Positions 19,107 through 28,814 of a stretch of 64,000 nucleotides of DNA are shown here, piece by piece. Origin of the DNA: Acidobacteriota bacterium (GTDB lineage: Bacteria > Acidobacteriota > CAIWXX01); contig JBFMAF010000040.1 of NCBI GenBank assembly GCA_040755995.1, forward strand, positions 93,556-157,555, written 5' to 3'. A model generated the notes under the pieces. The model was not told where the DNA came from. It worked only from the letters and a program-made list of their open reading frames with translations, and made no database searches. Made by a program: the position numbers and the translations under genes. Numbering within the stretch: the first letter of the stretch is position 1; each line of letters opens with the position of its first letter.

Positions 19107-20231
19107 GTGGTCGCAGGCGGCAGGCGCGTCGTCGTGGCAATGAGCGGCGGTGTGGATTCGAGCGTCGCTGCCGCCCTGCTCGCGCGCGAGGGCTGCGATG
19201 TCATCGGAGTCACCCTTCAGCTCCGGTCCTGCGACGATCTGGTAGCGACCCGGTCTTGTTGCGCAGCCGACGGGATCGTACAGGCCCGAAGCGTTGCCGG
19301 AACCCTCGGGATCCCACACTACGTGCTCGACTGTCGCGAGGAGTTCATCGAGCTGGTTCTGCGACGCGCCTGGAACGAGTATTCAACGGGACGTACGCCC
19401 AGCCCCTGCCTCCTATGCAACCGCGAGATCAAGTTCGGTCTGCTGCGCTCGTACGCAGCCAGGATCGGAGCACGATTCGTGGCCACAGGACACTACGCGC
19501 GCGCAGTCGACAACGGCCAGGGGATTGTCCTGCAACGCGCGGTGGACAGGCGCAAAGACCAGTCGTACTTCCTGAGCACGCTCGACTCCGAGCAGCTCCG
19601 CCACGTCATCCTTCCGATCGGCAGTCTCGCCAAGGACGCCGTCCGGGCAATCGCCCGGGAACTCGGGCTTCCGACGGCCGAGCGCAGCGAGAGCCAGGAC
19701 GCTTGCTTGATCTCGGACGAGCATGGGCTGGCCGAGACCCTGCGGCGGCTGTTCGGCGCGCCGTCGTGCCCCGGCCCATTGGCCGGCGCGCGGGGCGAGG
19801 TCCTGGGCCGCCACGGCGGAATACACCAATTCACGATCGGCCAGCGCCGGGGGCTCGGCGTGGCTCTCGGATCGCCCGCCTTTGTCACCGCAATCGACGC
19901 CGGCAAGGCGACCGTGGTCGTGTCCACTGATCCACGTGACCTGTACGCGGACGGTCTGGGAGCGCGAGACATGCGCTGGCTCGCCGCGCCTCGTCCGCGA
20001 CTGCTGGCTCAGATACGTTCGACACACGAGGCGGTCCCGGCCCGGTTGGAAGCTGGCGATGAGGGGGAAGTAGTAATCTGGTTCGATGAGCCGCAGAGGG
20101 CCGTCACACCCGGGCAGGCGGTGGCCTTATACGAAGGAGACCAGGTCCTGGGGGGCGGCTGGATCGACCGAGCGCTCCGAAGGAGCTCGCCGGGTCGATC
20201 GGAGGAGTCAACTCATGGCAATCGCTCCTGA
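19107..20231 (+). CDS. mnmA: tRNA 2-thiouridylase
   Basis: AMSGGVDSS, TPSPCLLCN, ATGHYA, KDQSYFL, TIGQRRGLG, AVTPGQ. Confidence 0.93.
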   Translation: MVAGGRRVVVAMSGGVDSSVAAALLAREGCDVIGVTLQLRSCDDLVATRSCCAADGIVQARSVAGTLGIPHYVLDCREEFIELVLRRAWNEYSTGRTPSPCLLCNREIKFGLLRSYAARIGARFVATGHYARAVDNGQGIVLQRAVDRRKDQSYFLSTLDSEQLRHVILPIGSLAKDAVRAIARELGLPTAERSESQDACLISDEHGLAETLRRLFGAPSCPGPLAGARGEVLGRHGGIHQFTIGQRRGLGVALGSPAFVTAIDAGKATVVVSTDPRDLYADGLGARDMRWLAAPRPRLLAQIRSTHEAVPARLEAGDEGEVVIWFDEPQRAVTPGQAVALYEGDQVLGGGWIDRALRRSSPGRSEESTHGNRS

Positions 20232-21237
20232 TCGATACTCGCGGCAGGTCGTCCTCCCGCAGATCGGAAGCAAGGGTCAGGCGAGGCTGCGCGACGCCAG
20301 AGCACTCGTCGTCGGATGCGGCGCGCTTGGATGCATGCAGGGCCAGCTGCTCGCACGCGCCGGTGTCGGGCAACTTCGGGTCGTCGACCGCGACCTGGTA
20401 GAGATCACCAACATCCAGCGGCAGGTGCTCTTCGACGAGGAGGATGCTGCATCAGGCCTGCCCAAAGCCGAAGCCGCGGCCAGACACCTCCGCAGGATCA
20501 ACTCGAGTATCCAGGTAGACAGCCTGGTCGCCGACGTCACCCCGAGGAACGTCGAGACGCTCATCCGGGATGTCGACGTCGTGCTCGATGCGACCGACAA
20601 CATGGAGACTCGGTACCTGCTCAACGATGCCTGCGTTAAGCTGGTGAAACCGTGGATCTACGGCGCGGCGATCGGCTGTTCCGGCGCCGTGATGACGATT
20701 CAGCCCGGAGCCGGCCCGTGCCTGCGCTGCCTGGCTCCGGAGCCGCCGCCGCCGGGAACCCTTGCCACGTGCGATTTGGCCGGCGTGCTCAACGCGGCCC
20801 CTGCGCTGGTCGCGTCGTTGCAGGTGGCGGAAGCCATTCGACTGCTCGTGGGAGACCCCGCGGCGATCCCCAAGATGACGGAGGTAGAGCTCTGGGATCA
20901 ATCGTTCGGTCGAATCGAGGTCAAGCAGGACCCGGAGTGTCGCTGCTGCGGCGAGCATCTGTACGAGTTTCTCAGCGCGCAGGAGACGTCGGCTGCAACG
21001 ACACTCTGCGGCCGGAACGCCGTCCAGGTGACGCCGGCACGGGCCGGGCCGATTCCACTCGACGCCCTCGCCGAGCAGCTCAAGGAACTGGGCGAGGTCA
21101 GCAATAATGGTCTCCTGGTGCAGTTTCGGATCGGAGCGCACGACCTCGTGATCTTCCCCGACGGAAGGGCGATCGTTCGCGGGACGGATGACACGGCGGT
21201 TGCGCGCTCCCTCTACGCGCGTTTCATCGGCGGCTGA
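20215..21237 (+). CDS. ThiF/MoeB-family adenylyltransferase
   Basis: RYSRQ, GCGALG, DRDLVE.TNIQRQ, DATDN, CLRC and C-terminal Cys cluster; GGAGGAG RBS. Confidence 0.92.
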   Translation: MAIAPDRYSRQVVLPQIGSKGQARLRDARALVVGCGALGCMQGQLLARAGVGQLRVVDRDLVEITNIQRQVLFDEEDAASGLPKAEAAARHLRRINSSIQVDSLVADVTPRNVETLIRDVDVVLDATDNMETRYLLNDACVKLVKPWIYGAAIGCSGAVMTIQPGAGPCLRCLAPEPPPPGTLATCDLAGVLNAAPALVASLQVAEAIRLLVGDPAAIPKMTEVELWDQSFGRIEVKQDPECRCCGEHLYEFLSAQETSAATTLCGRNAVQVTPARAGPIPLDALAEQLKELGEVSNNGLLVQFRIGAHDLVIFPDGRAIVRGTDDTAVARSLYARFIGG

Positions 21238-21240
21238 CGG
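21182..21240 (+). repeat. Direct repeat copy 1 (3' end of thiF/moeB)
   Basis: 50 of 59 nt identical to 32767-32825 by manual alignment. Confidence 0.85.
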
Positions 21241-21373
21241 CCTGGTCCGGCCGCCGGGTCGCATCCGCGACACGGGTCTGCAGCCCTTCACCGCGTCCCC
21301 GTGTCATCGAGTCTTCGTGTTGCATCCCAGTGCGCCTCGCTGGTATCGTCTCCATTGCAGGAGGCGATCGTTC

Positions 21374-21402
21374 TTGACCCCTCCTTCGGGCTGATGTATC
21401 AT
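21374..21402 (+). promoter_or_regulatory. Sigma70-type promoter
   Basis: TTGACC-17 nt-TATCAT upstream of 21467. Confidence 0.6.
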
Positions 21403-21466
21403 CCGCCCGTCAGTTTCCAATCATGCATCGCGAAGAATAGGACAACTCAGGAGAGGAGGAAAGTCC

Positions 21467-21946
21467 ATGGAGACAGTTTTTCGAACGTCTCGTTGGCCGA
21501 TCTTGTGCCTCGTGATCGGCATCGCCCTGGGACTCTGTGGGGTGGTCCTGGCAGATGACAACGAGAAGGGTGCGCCCCAAGAACAGACGGGGCAGCCGGC
21601 AGCGGTGCCATCGGAGTCTCAGCCCGGATCATTGAACGGTGCGGTGGCTGCCATCGACGATGAAACCGGCGAGCTGAGAGCGCCTACTGCCGAGGAGATG
21701 AAGCAGCTCGATGAGCAGTGGGAGAAGTTCCTTAGGAGCGCGTTCCCGAATCGTCCCAGTCAGAAACCCTTCATAGGGCGTGACGGCCGGAGCATGGGAG
21801 TTCTTTGCGGGCCCGAGAGTCTCGAATTCTCGGTGGCCACGATAGGACCGGACGGGAAGCTGCGAATCGACCATGTCACCGGTGCAGAACAGGCGAAGGA
21901 GATCATGACGAATACCGTGACATCCAAGCAGGATGACGAGCGGTAG
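21467..21946 (+). CDS. Secreted protease-associated small protein
   Basis: Signal peptide; AAIDDETGELRAPTAEE motif; GAGGAGG RBS; 12 nt upstream of the protease gene. Confidence 0.75.
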   Translation: METVFRTSRWPILCLVIGIALGLCGVVLADDNEKGAPQEQTGQPAAVPSESQPGSLNGAVAAIDDETGELRAPTAEEMKQLDEQWEKFLRSAFPNRPSQKPFIGRDGRSMGVLCGPESLEFSVATIGPDGKLRIDHVTGAEQAKEIMTNTVTSKQDDER

Positions 21947-21958
21947 GAGGGGACCACC

Positions 21959-23395
21959 ATGAGGAAATCATTCTCTCTTTTCTTCCCAGTAGTCCTGGTT
22001 GCCTCCATCCTGTTGACGGCAGATCTCGCCAATGCGACCAGAATCATCTTCAACTACGTCGATCCACCCGGGGTCGGTTTCAACGATGCGACTGCGGCCA
22101 CACCCGTTGGCGGGAACAGGGGCAGGACGATTGGCGAGCAGCGGAAGAACGTCTTCCAGTTCGCGGCCAGAATGTGGGGCAGGCAGATCAAGAGTAATGT
22201 CGACATCACGGTAACGACCGGCTGGCCCACTTTGTTCTGCAATGCCGGCTCAGCAGTTCTCGGCTCCTCTGGTGCCATCAGCATCTGGTGGGGCTTCCCC
22301 AACGCCGCACGAGTCGACAGAAACTACAACGCGGCCCTCGCAAACGCCCTGGCTCGCTACGACCTCTCGCCGGGACCGCCTGACACCACCTACGGCGTTC
22401 CTGGCAATGACGAGTACCTTGTCTACCTGAATCCCAATATCGGCCAGCCGACATGTCTTGCTGGGTCTGGATGGTACTACGGCCTGGACCACAACGAGCC
22501 TGCAGGCAAGATCGACCTGCTTGCGACCTGCATGCACGAGTTCGCCCATGGCCTTGGATGGCAGGCGCAGTTCAGAACCAGCCTCAATGACTTCTACGGC
22601 GCCCCCCCGAGCATCTACTCGGTCTACATGTGGGACAACACCTTGGGCATGACCTTCGACAACATGACTCCCGCCCAGCGCGGCGTGTCGAAGGTAAACA
22701 CTGACAAGCTCGTGTGGATCGGCAGCAACGTCACTTCCCAGGTTCCAGCGAATCTCGGCCCGCGACCCATGCTGACCGTCAATTCGCCCGCAGGTATTGC
22801 CGGCGCTTACGATGTCCAGACCGCCAGTTTCGGGCCGGCACTCACCATCGCAGGCTTGACCGGGAACGTGGTCCTTGTCAACGACGGCACCGGTACCCCC
22901 ACTTACGCGTGCAGCCCCCTCGTCAATGGACCGCAGGTCGCGGGCAACATCGCCTTGATCGACCGCGGCACCTGCACTTTCACCACCAAGGTTAAGAACG
23001 CGCAGAACGCGGGCGCCATTGGTGCAATCGTCGTGAACAACGTCGCAAGCGGATTTCCTGGAATGGGCGGCACCGATCCAACGATCACGATCCCTTCCGT
23101 GGGAGTTACGCTGGCCACCGGCAACCTGATCAAGGCCAACCTGGCGACAGGGGTCAACGCAACCATGGCGCTCAATCCGGCCTTCCTCGCGGGCGCCGAC
23201 AACTCCGGCCGCGTGCTCCTCTACGCGCCGAATCCATATGCGAGCGGGTCATCCCTTTCGCACTACGACACGAAGTGTACGCCGAACCTGCTCATGGAGC
23301 CGTCCATCAATGCGGATCTCCACCCCCGCACTACCTGGGACCTCACGATTGTGCTCATGAGGGATATCGGCTGGAAGACTCGCGGGACGAAGTAG
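21959..23395 (+). CDS. Secreted zinc metalloprotease with inserted PA domain
   Basis: Signal peptide; HEFAHGLG; IALIDRGTCTFTTKVKNAQNAGA; GSSLSHYD..LLMEP. Confidence 0.88.
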   Translation: MRKSFSLFFPVVLVASILLTADLANATRIIFNYVDPPGVGFNDATAATPVGGNRGRTIGEQRKNVFQFAARMWGRQIKSNVDITVTTGWPTLFCNAGSAVLGSSGAISIWWGFPNAARVDRNYNAALANALARYDLSPGPPDTTYGVPGNDEYLVYLNPNIGQPTCLAGSGWYYGLDHNEPAGKIDLLATCMHEFAHGLGWQAQFRTSLNDFYGAPPSIYSVYMWDNTLGMTFDNMTPAQRGVSKVNTDKLVWIGSNVTSQVPANLGPRPMLTVNSPAGIAGAYDVQTASFGPALTIAGLTGNVVLVNDGTGTPTYACSPLVNGPQVAGNIALIDRGTCTFTTKVKNAQNAGAIGAIVVNNVASGFPGMGGTDPTITIPSVGVTLATGNLIKANLATGVNATMALNPAFLAGADNSGRVLLYAPNPYASGSSLSHYDTKCTPNLLMEPSINADLHPRTTWDLTIVLMRDIGWKTRGTK

Positions 23396-23540
23396 GGGCC
23401 TCGGGTCACTACCTTCTCTCAGCAGTCTGGCAATCGATCCAGGTCACCGGGCGCGGATCCGGCCGCGCCCGGTGATTGCATCTCGAGCCGCTCTCCGGCG
23501 GAGCCGATTGGTCGCGCACGGCGTGCGCGCCTCGCGGGCC

Positions 23541-25769
23541 TCACCGGCCGCTGCGCGTCCTTCTCGGCTCTCCTTCGTACTTGGCCTCGGCTCCGGCAGA
23601 CTGCGCCACGCCCGCCAGCAATTTCTTGAACTCCGGCAGCGCGCGCAGCGGGTCGAGGTCCCGATCCTCCCGTAGCAGGCCCTCGCTCTGCAGCCCCCGC
23701 TTCACCGATTCCGCGAGAGACCCCATGGCCCTAGCGATGTCGCCCGAAGCGGCCTCGAGGCAGGCCAGGTTGTACGGCGGGATCCACGAGTCGGGACGTA
23801 TCTCGCCCGCCCTCTCGAAGTACCTCCGTGCCCCCGCCCTGTCGCCGATGCGCCTGGCGCAGTTGCCGGCCTGGATCGTGGCCTGGAAGTCGCCCGGCAG
23901 AATGCCGAGCGCCTTCTTGTAGAATTCCAGGGCTTCGCCGAATTTGCTACGTTCGTAGTAAAGATCACCGAGAAGGCGCTGGGTGCGCGGAAAGGCGGGA
24001 TCGGCGTCCGTGGCCTTGGCGTACCAGGCCTTGGCTGCCTCGTCGTTGCCTCGCAACGTCTCGATGAACCCGATGTTGGCCATGGCCTCGACGAAGCTCC
24101 CGTTGATCTCGATCCCCTGCTTGAAGAACCGTTCAGCCTCGGCCAGGTCACCCTCGGCCAGGGCAATCCCGCCCAGCGTCCCGTAGACCCTGAACTGCCC
24201 GGGGTCGTCGGCAAGCAGTCTGAGGTACTGCGCGCGCGCCTCCTCGAAACGGCCCTGGCGCAGGAGGCACAGACCCAAGACGCCTCGCGCCGATATGTGC
24301 TCCGGGATGACATCGAGGATCTCCCTCAAGAGCCGCTCGGCCTCGGCCCATTCTCTTTGCTGGGCCAGATGCCGGGCATCCTCCAGCTTGTTGTAGATCC
24401 CTATGCCGTCCTTCGGGTCCATCCCGCCCATGCTCTTACGCTCGCCGGCCGAGGCCAGGTAGCCGAGCGATCTGAGCATCTCCTCGGTCTCACGATCCAT
24501 CGGACTCTCCTCGGTGCGGACGGCGAATCGGCGGCAGTCGTCGATGAGAGCCTGCAAGGCGCCGTCGAGCTGCTTCGAACGAGACTGCTCGGCAGCGCAA
24601 AGGTTGTGCAGCTCGCCCTGGTCTCTTCTGTAGTCGTAGAGCTCAGGCTTGGGCGCGCGTATCCACTTGTATCCGTCAAGCCGCACCCCGTAGAGAGGCG
24701 CCATCCCGAATCCGACTTCCGAGAGCAGCGACTCGCAGTACTGCGGGAGCACCGGAGCGGCGCTCTTGCCCTGGAACGCGCCGATGAGGTTTACTCCCTG
24801 TGTCTCCCCGCCACCCGGCAGTCGCAACATCCCGAGCATCGTTGGAATGATGTCGACCGTGCGAACTGAGCCGCGGTAGAGCGTGCCGGCTGCAAGCAGC
24901 GCCGGATACCTGAGGATCAGCGGTATCCGGATCGTAGCATCGTAGATGAACAGCGCGTGCGTCTTCTCCTGGTGCTCCCCCAGGCTCTCGCCGTGGTCCG
25001 CGCAGAGAACGACGAGCGTCTGGTCCAGAATCCCTCGTCTGCGCAGGTCTGCCACGATTTTGCCAACAGCCTCGTCTGCGGCTGCGATCTCCCCATCGTA
25101 CGGCGTAGGGCAGAGCACGCGGAACTTCGCCGGCGGTTCGCACGGCTGGTGCGGATCGAACAGGTGGACCCAGAGAAAGAACCGCCTGCGGTCCGGGCGG
25201 GCGCTCCAGCGCTCCAGCCACTTCAGCACCCTGTCCGCGGTCCTCCAGGCCGGCCTGTCGCGGATCATGAACAGCTTCGGCTGATCCTCGCTCCATAGAT
25301 CGTCGTCGTACCCGTCGAATCCCTGGTCGAGGTTGTACCGTTCATCGAGCACCATGGCGGAAACGAATGCCTGCGTGTCGTACCCGGCTGCCTTGAGGCG
25401 CTCGGCGAGCGTGACCGCCTCGTCCCCGAGCGCGTAGGCACCGTTGTCTCGAACGCCGTGCGCGGGAGGAAGAACGCCGGTAAGAATCGTCGCGTGAGAC
25501 GGGAGGGTGATCGGAGCGGCGGTCGATGCATTGGTGCACCGAACCCCTTCTGCTGCGAGAGCATCGATGGCCGGAGTCCGCGCGAGGCCGTACCCGTAGC
25601 AGCCGAGATGGTCCGCCCTCGTAGTGTCTACGGTGATCAAGAGTACATTGGGCTGCGGCGGCCGCCTGCAGGCTGATAGCCCGCCGAGCTGTGCCAGCAA
25701 GAGGGCGATGAACGCCGGCCCGCGGGCGCACCAGGGGCCTCCTTTGCCACCCGCTCTCCGATCCGCCAT
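23541..25769 (-). CDS. Sulfatase-like hydrolase with C-terminal TPR repeats, probable lipoprotein
   Basis: LSAC lipobox; PNVLLITVDTTRADH, TLPSH, WVHLFDPH, DHGE; TPR helices. Confidence 0.9.
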   Translation of the reverse strand: MADRRAGGKGGPWCARGPAFIALLLAQLGGLSACRRPPQPNVLLITVDTTRADHLGCYGYGLARTPAIDALAAEGVRCTNASTAAPITLPSHATILTGVLPPAHGVRDNGAYALGDEAVTLAERLKAAGYDTQAFVSAMVLDERYNLDQGFDGYDDDLWSEDQPKLFMIRDRPAWRTADRVLKWLERWSARPDRRRFFLWVHLFDPHQPCEPPAKFRVLCPTPYDGEIAAADEAVGKIVADLRRRGILDQTLVVLCADHGESLGEHQEKTHALFIYDATIRIPLILRYPALLAAGTLYRGSVRTVDIIPTMLGMLRLPGGGETQGVNLIGAFQGKSAAPVLPQYCESLLSEVGFGMAPLYGVRLDGYKWIRAPKPELYDYRRDQGELHNLCAAEQSRSKQLDGALQALIDDCRRFAVRTEESPMDRETEEMLRSLGYLASAGERKSMGGMDPKDGIGIYNKLEDARHLAQQREWAEAERLLREILDVIPEHISARGVLGLCLLRQGRFEEARAQYLRLLADDPGQFRVYGTLGGIALAEGDLAEAERFFKQGIEINGSFVEAMANIGFIETLRGNDEAAKAWYAKATDADPAFPRTQRLLGDLYYERSKFGEALEFYKKALGILPGDFQATIQAGNCARRIGDRAGARRYFERAGEIRPDSWIPPYNLACLEAASGDIARAMGSLAESVKRGLQSEGLLREDRDLDPLRALPEFKKLLAGVAQSAGAEAKYEGEPRRTRSGR

Positions 25770-26131
25770 GTATGAGTGCCCGATCAACGCCCATGATAGT
25801 CCGCGTGGGCCCGAGGTATCAAGGCCGTCAGTAGAACTCTAGACCAGCGGCATCGCCTTGCACTCGTGATCGTGCCCACGGACCGTGCCCGTACCCGTTC
25901 GCGTACCCGAGTCAGATTTCGGGAAAGGATACCGGTACGACTCGTAAGCAGCGGTCGGGCCCTCCCCCAGTTCCGTTAGGCGCCCGGGTAGGGGCGAGAG
26001 CGCGAGAGAATGCGCTTGCCCCATCACCGGAAGCTATGATAGTTTAGCCCGGCTATTGAGGTGCTCTGCACGTGACGCGTCCGTTCGATTTCAGATGCGA
26101 CAGGCAAGCGAACCAACCAACAGGAGGGACT

Positions 26132-27481
26132 GTGTTCAGATCAAGAACGATGATCACATGTGCTGCCTTGCTCTCTCTGGCAGCATGGCTGAACGCCGAT
26201 GTTTCGATTACGGACAGCACGGTCTGGAAGAGAGGAGTAGCCCAGCGCGGACATGAGGGTGGCAAGGGCAAGGGTGCCGGGGATTGGAATCTGGTCGACG
26301 CTTCGGGGCTGGAGTGGTTCGTCAACACCAACATGGTGGCTGCCACCTCGAACTCGGCTTCCGGGGCCGCCAGTGAGGCGAACTACACAAAGGCAGTGAC
26401 CGCCACGACTTCCGCAGGCGGCACTTCCTACACCACGCTCACCGATGCCTTCGACGGATACAACAACGTCTGGGTGAAGATCGATGGGGCTGCGACCTGG
26501 TCATATTACTACAATACGGGCACTCCCACGTTCGAAGCCAGCGGGCGTCAGGCGGTATTCAACTGGCAGACGATCGACGGGGTCGGGATCAGCCGGAAAG
26601 TGTACATTCCGGCGGACGACGAGTTCTGCCGCTGGCTCAACATCTTCACTAACACGACCACTGCCGCCAACTCGTCTGCCCCGGCGGCCACCAAGACGGT
26701 GCTTCTCCGGATTTACGGCAACCTCGGCTCCAACGGCAAGACGCTCATCACAGGCACGTCGAACGGCGATCTGACGGCCGACGTGAGCGACCTGTGGGTG
26801 GCTTCGATGGAGAACTACGACGCCTTCGGGCTGTCTCCGGATCCGCGCCTCGGGCACGTACTGGCCGGTGTCGGCGGCGCGATCGGCGTTTCCGGGATTT
26901 CTTTCGTGAACGGGAATGGTCAGCCGTACTGGGAGTATCAGTTCACTCTCGCGCCGGGCGAGACCGCCATCATCATGAACTTCTGCACCGGGCAGCCCAA
27001 CAAGACCGACGCTGCTGCGAAGGCAGCCGAGTTGAGCGGCTCGGACGGCGGCCAGGCGGGCAAGGCATTCGACAACATGACCGATACCGAAAGAACGCAG
27101 GTCATCAATTTCGACGCCTCGGTCCGTCTCGCCGATCTCGCGCCTCAGCGCCGATGGACGACGCAGGCTTTCTCCTATCCCACGTATACGACCGTGACCA
27201 CGAGGTTCAGGATCTGGAACACGGGCCGAGGGACCGCAGGGCCGTTCAGAGTTGCCGTATTCCTCTCACAGGATGCGGTACTCGGAGCCGGCGACAAGCT
27301 GGTCCACACGCAAGATGTCGGGGGCGTGAGCAGGGGAGTGTCGGAGTCCATCAGGGTCAAGTTCAGGAGCGATCACCCGGTCTACGGATGGTACCTCATC
27401 GGGTTCGCCGATACTCAGTATGCAGTGCCGGAAGAAGACGAGACGAACAACATAGTAGCCAACAAGATACGCAAGCGCTAG
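26132..27481 (+). CDS. Secreted protein with C-terminal CARDB-like domain
   Basis: AGGAGG RBS, GTG start, signal peptide; NTG.GTAGPF.V...VPEEDETNN. Confidence 0.75.
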   Translation: MFRSRTMITCAALLSLAAWLNADVSITDSTVWKRGVAQRGHEGGKGKGAGDWNLVDASGLEWFVNTNMVAATSNSASGAASEANYTKAVTATTSAGGTSYTTLTDAFDGYNNVWVKIDGAATWSYYYNTGTPTFEASGRQAVFNWQTIDGVGISRKVYIPADDEFCRWLNIFTNTTTAANSSAPAATKTVLLRIYGNLGSNGKTLITGTSNGDLTADVSDLWVASMENYDAFGLSPDPRLGHVLAGVGGAIGVSGISFVNGNGQPYWEYQFTLAPGETAIIMNFCTGQPNKTDAAAKAAELSGSDGGQAGKAFDNMTDTERTQVINFDASVRLADLAPQRRWTTQAFSYPTYTTVTTRFRIWNTGRGTAGPFRVAVFLSQDAVLGAGDKLVHTQDVGGVSRGVSESIRVKFRSDHPVYGWYLIGFADTQYAVPEEDETNNIVANKIRKR

Positions 27482-27498
27482 CTCGCCATCTGATTCAG

Positions 27499-27546
27499 GC
27501 CGGTGAGTGGGGCGAGGCTGTGGCCTCTCCCCATTCAGCGGCTTTT
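27499..27546 (+). terminator. Intrinsic terminator
   Basis: Imperfect ~20-bp stem (GCCGGTGAGTGGGGCGAGGC / GCCTCTCCCCATTCAGCGGC) followed by TTTT. Confidence 0.7.
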
Positions 27547-27650
27547 CCTCTGGCTCACGATCCCACCTGCGACCCACCCATCGGCCAATCTGCAACAGGG
27601 GGCCGCGCGATCTCGATTGACCCCGGCTGCCTCGGCCGGTAGAATCATGA

Positions 27651-28814
27651 ATGGGCAGTCCGAACCGGGAGAGCGGGGTTGTGCGAGCTGGGGGTGCGTT
27701 CTCGGTGCACGCGAGCGTTGAAGAAGTGAAGCACACTCTCCATCGCGAGCAGGAGACGCTGCACGCCCAAACGACCGCAGCCGGCCGCAGTGGCCGACGT
27801 GCGGGCGATGATCGTGGACCCGCGCATGGCGTTCCGCGGCGCGCCTTCTTCCAGGCGTGCGGGGCTGTGCTGGCGAGCGTCGCGTGCGGCAGCGGATCGG
27901 ATCAGCCACGTCCGGTGATCGATCGCTCGACGAAGCCAACCCCGCGCGTTGTCGTCGCGCGCGACCCGAACGCGGTCGATACGGATCTCATGCCACGCCC
28001 CGCCGCATTGAAGGCACTGCTCGAATCGGGCGTTCGCAAGGTGACAGGCGCCCCTGATATGGTCTCGGCCTTCCGCGAGCTTTTCAAGTCAGATGACCGC
28101 GTGGGCATCAAGGTCAACTGCCTCGCAGGCCGCCGGCTTTCCTCTCACACAGGCCTCGTGGTGCTTCTCACGGACGCGCTGCGCGCCGCCGGCATTCGGG
28201 ATCGCCAGATCCTCATCTGGGACCGGTCTGACAGCGATCTGCAGAGAGCCGGGTTCGATCTGAACCGCTCGGGCGACGGCCCGTTCTGCTTCGGCACGAA
28301 CGCCGATTACGAGGCCGAGCCGACCACTGTTGGCTCTGTCGCGGGCTGCTTCAGCAGAATTCTCACTGAATACTGTACGGCCCTGATATCCGTGCCTGTC
28401 CTGAAGGACCACGATCTGGCCGGTGTCAGCGGTACGCTGAAGAACTTCTACGGCGCGATCCACAACCCCAACAAGTACCACGATTCGAATTGCGATCCCT
28501 ACATTGCCGATCTCAACACGCATCCTGCGATTCAAGGCAAGCTCCGTCTCGTCGTTTGCGACGCGCTCGTCGGGCAGTGCCACGGCGGGCCGGCGTTCAA
28601 TGCCCCCTATGCATGGCCCTTCGGCGGGCTACTGGTCTCTACGGACCCCGTCGCGGTCGACAGGATCGCATGGAAGACGATCGAGGAAAGGCGGAGGGAG
28701 AAGGGGCTGCCGAGCCTGGCTGACGCGAAGCGGGCTCCCACGTGGATCGCCTCTGCGGAGCGCCTGGGACTCGGCACCTCCGAGATGTCGCGAATCGAGG
28801 AGGTGCTCGTATGA
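27651..28814 (+). CDS. DUF362 domain protein with Tat/lipoprotein-like leader (start uncertain)
   Basis: RRAFFQ...LASVAC; VGIKVNC, SVPVLKDH..AGVSGTLKN.YG, DPVAVD. Confidence 0.85.
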   Translation: MGSPNRESGVVRAGGAFSVHASVEEVKHTLHREQETLHAQTTAAGRSGRRAGDDRGPAHGVPRRAFFQACGAVLASVACGSGSDQPRPVIDRSTKPTPRVVVARDPNAVDTDLMPRPAALKALLESGVRKVTGAPDMVSAFRELFKSDDRVGIKVNCLAGRRLSSHTGLVVLLTDALRAAGIRDRQILIWDRSDSDLQRAGFDLNRSGDGPFCFGTNADYEAEPTTVGSVAGCFSRILTEYCTALISVPVLKDHDLAGVSGTLKNFYGAIHNPNKYHDSNCDPYIADLNTHPAIQGKLRLVVCDALVGQCHGGPAFNAPYAWPFGGLLVSTDPVAVDRIAWKTIEERRREKGLPSLADAKRAPTWIASAERLGLGTSEMSRIEEVLV

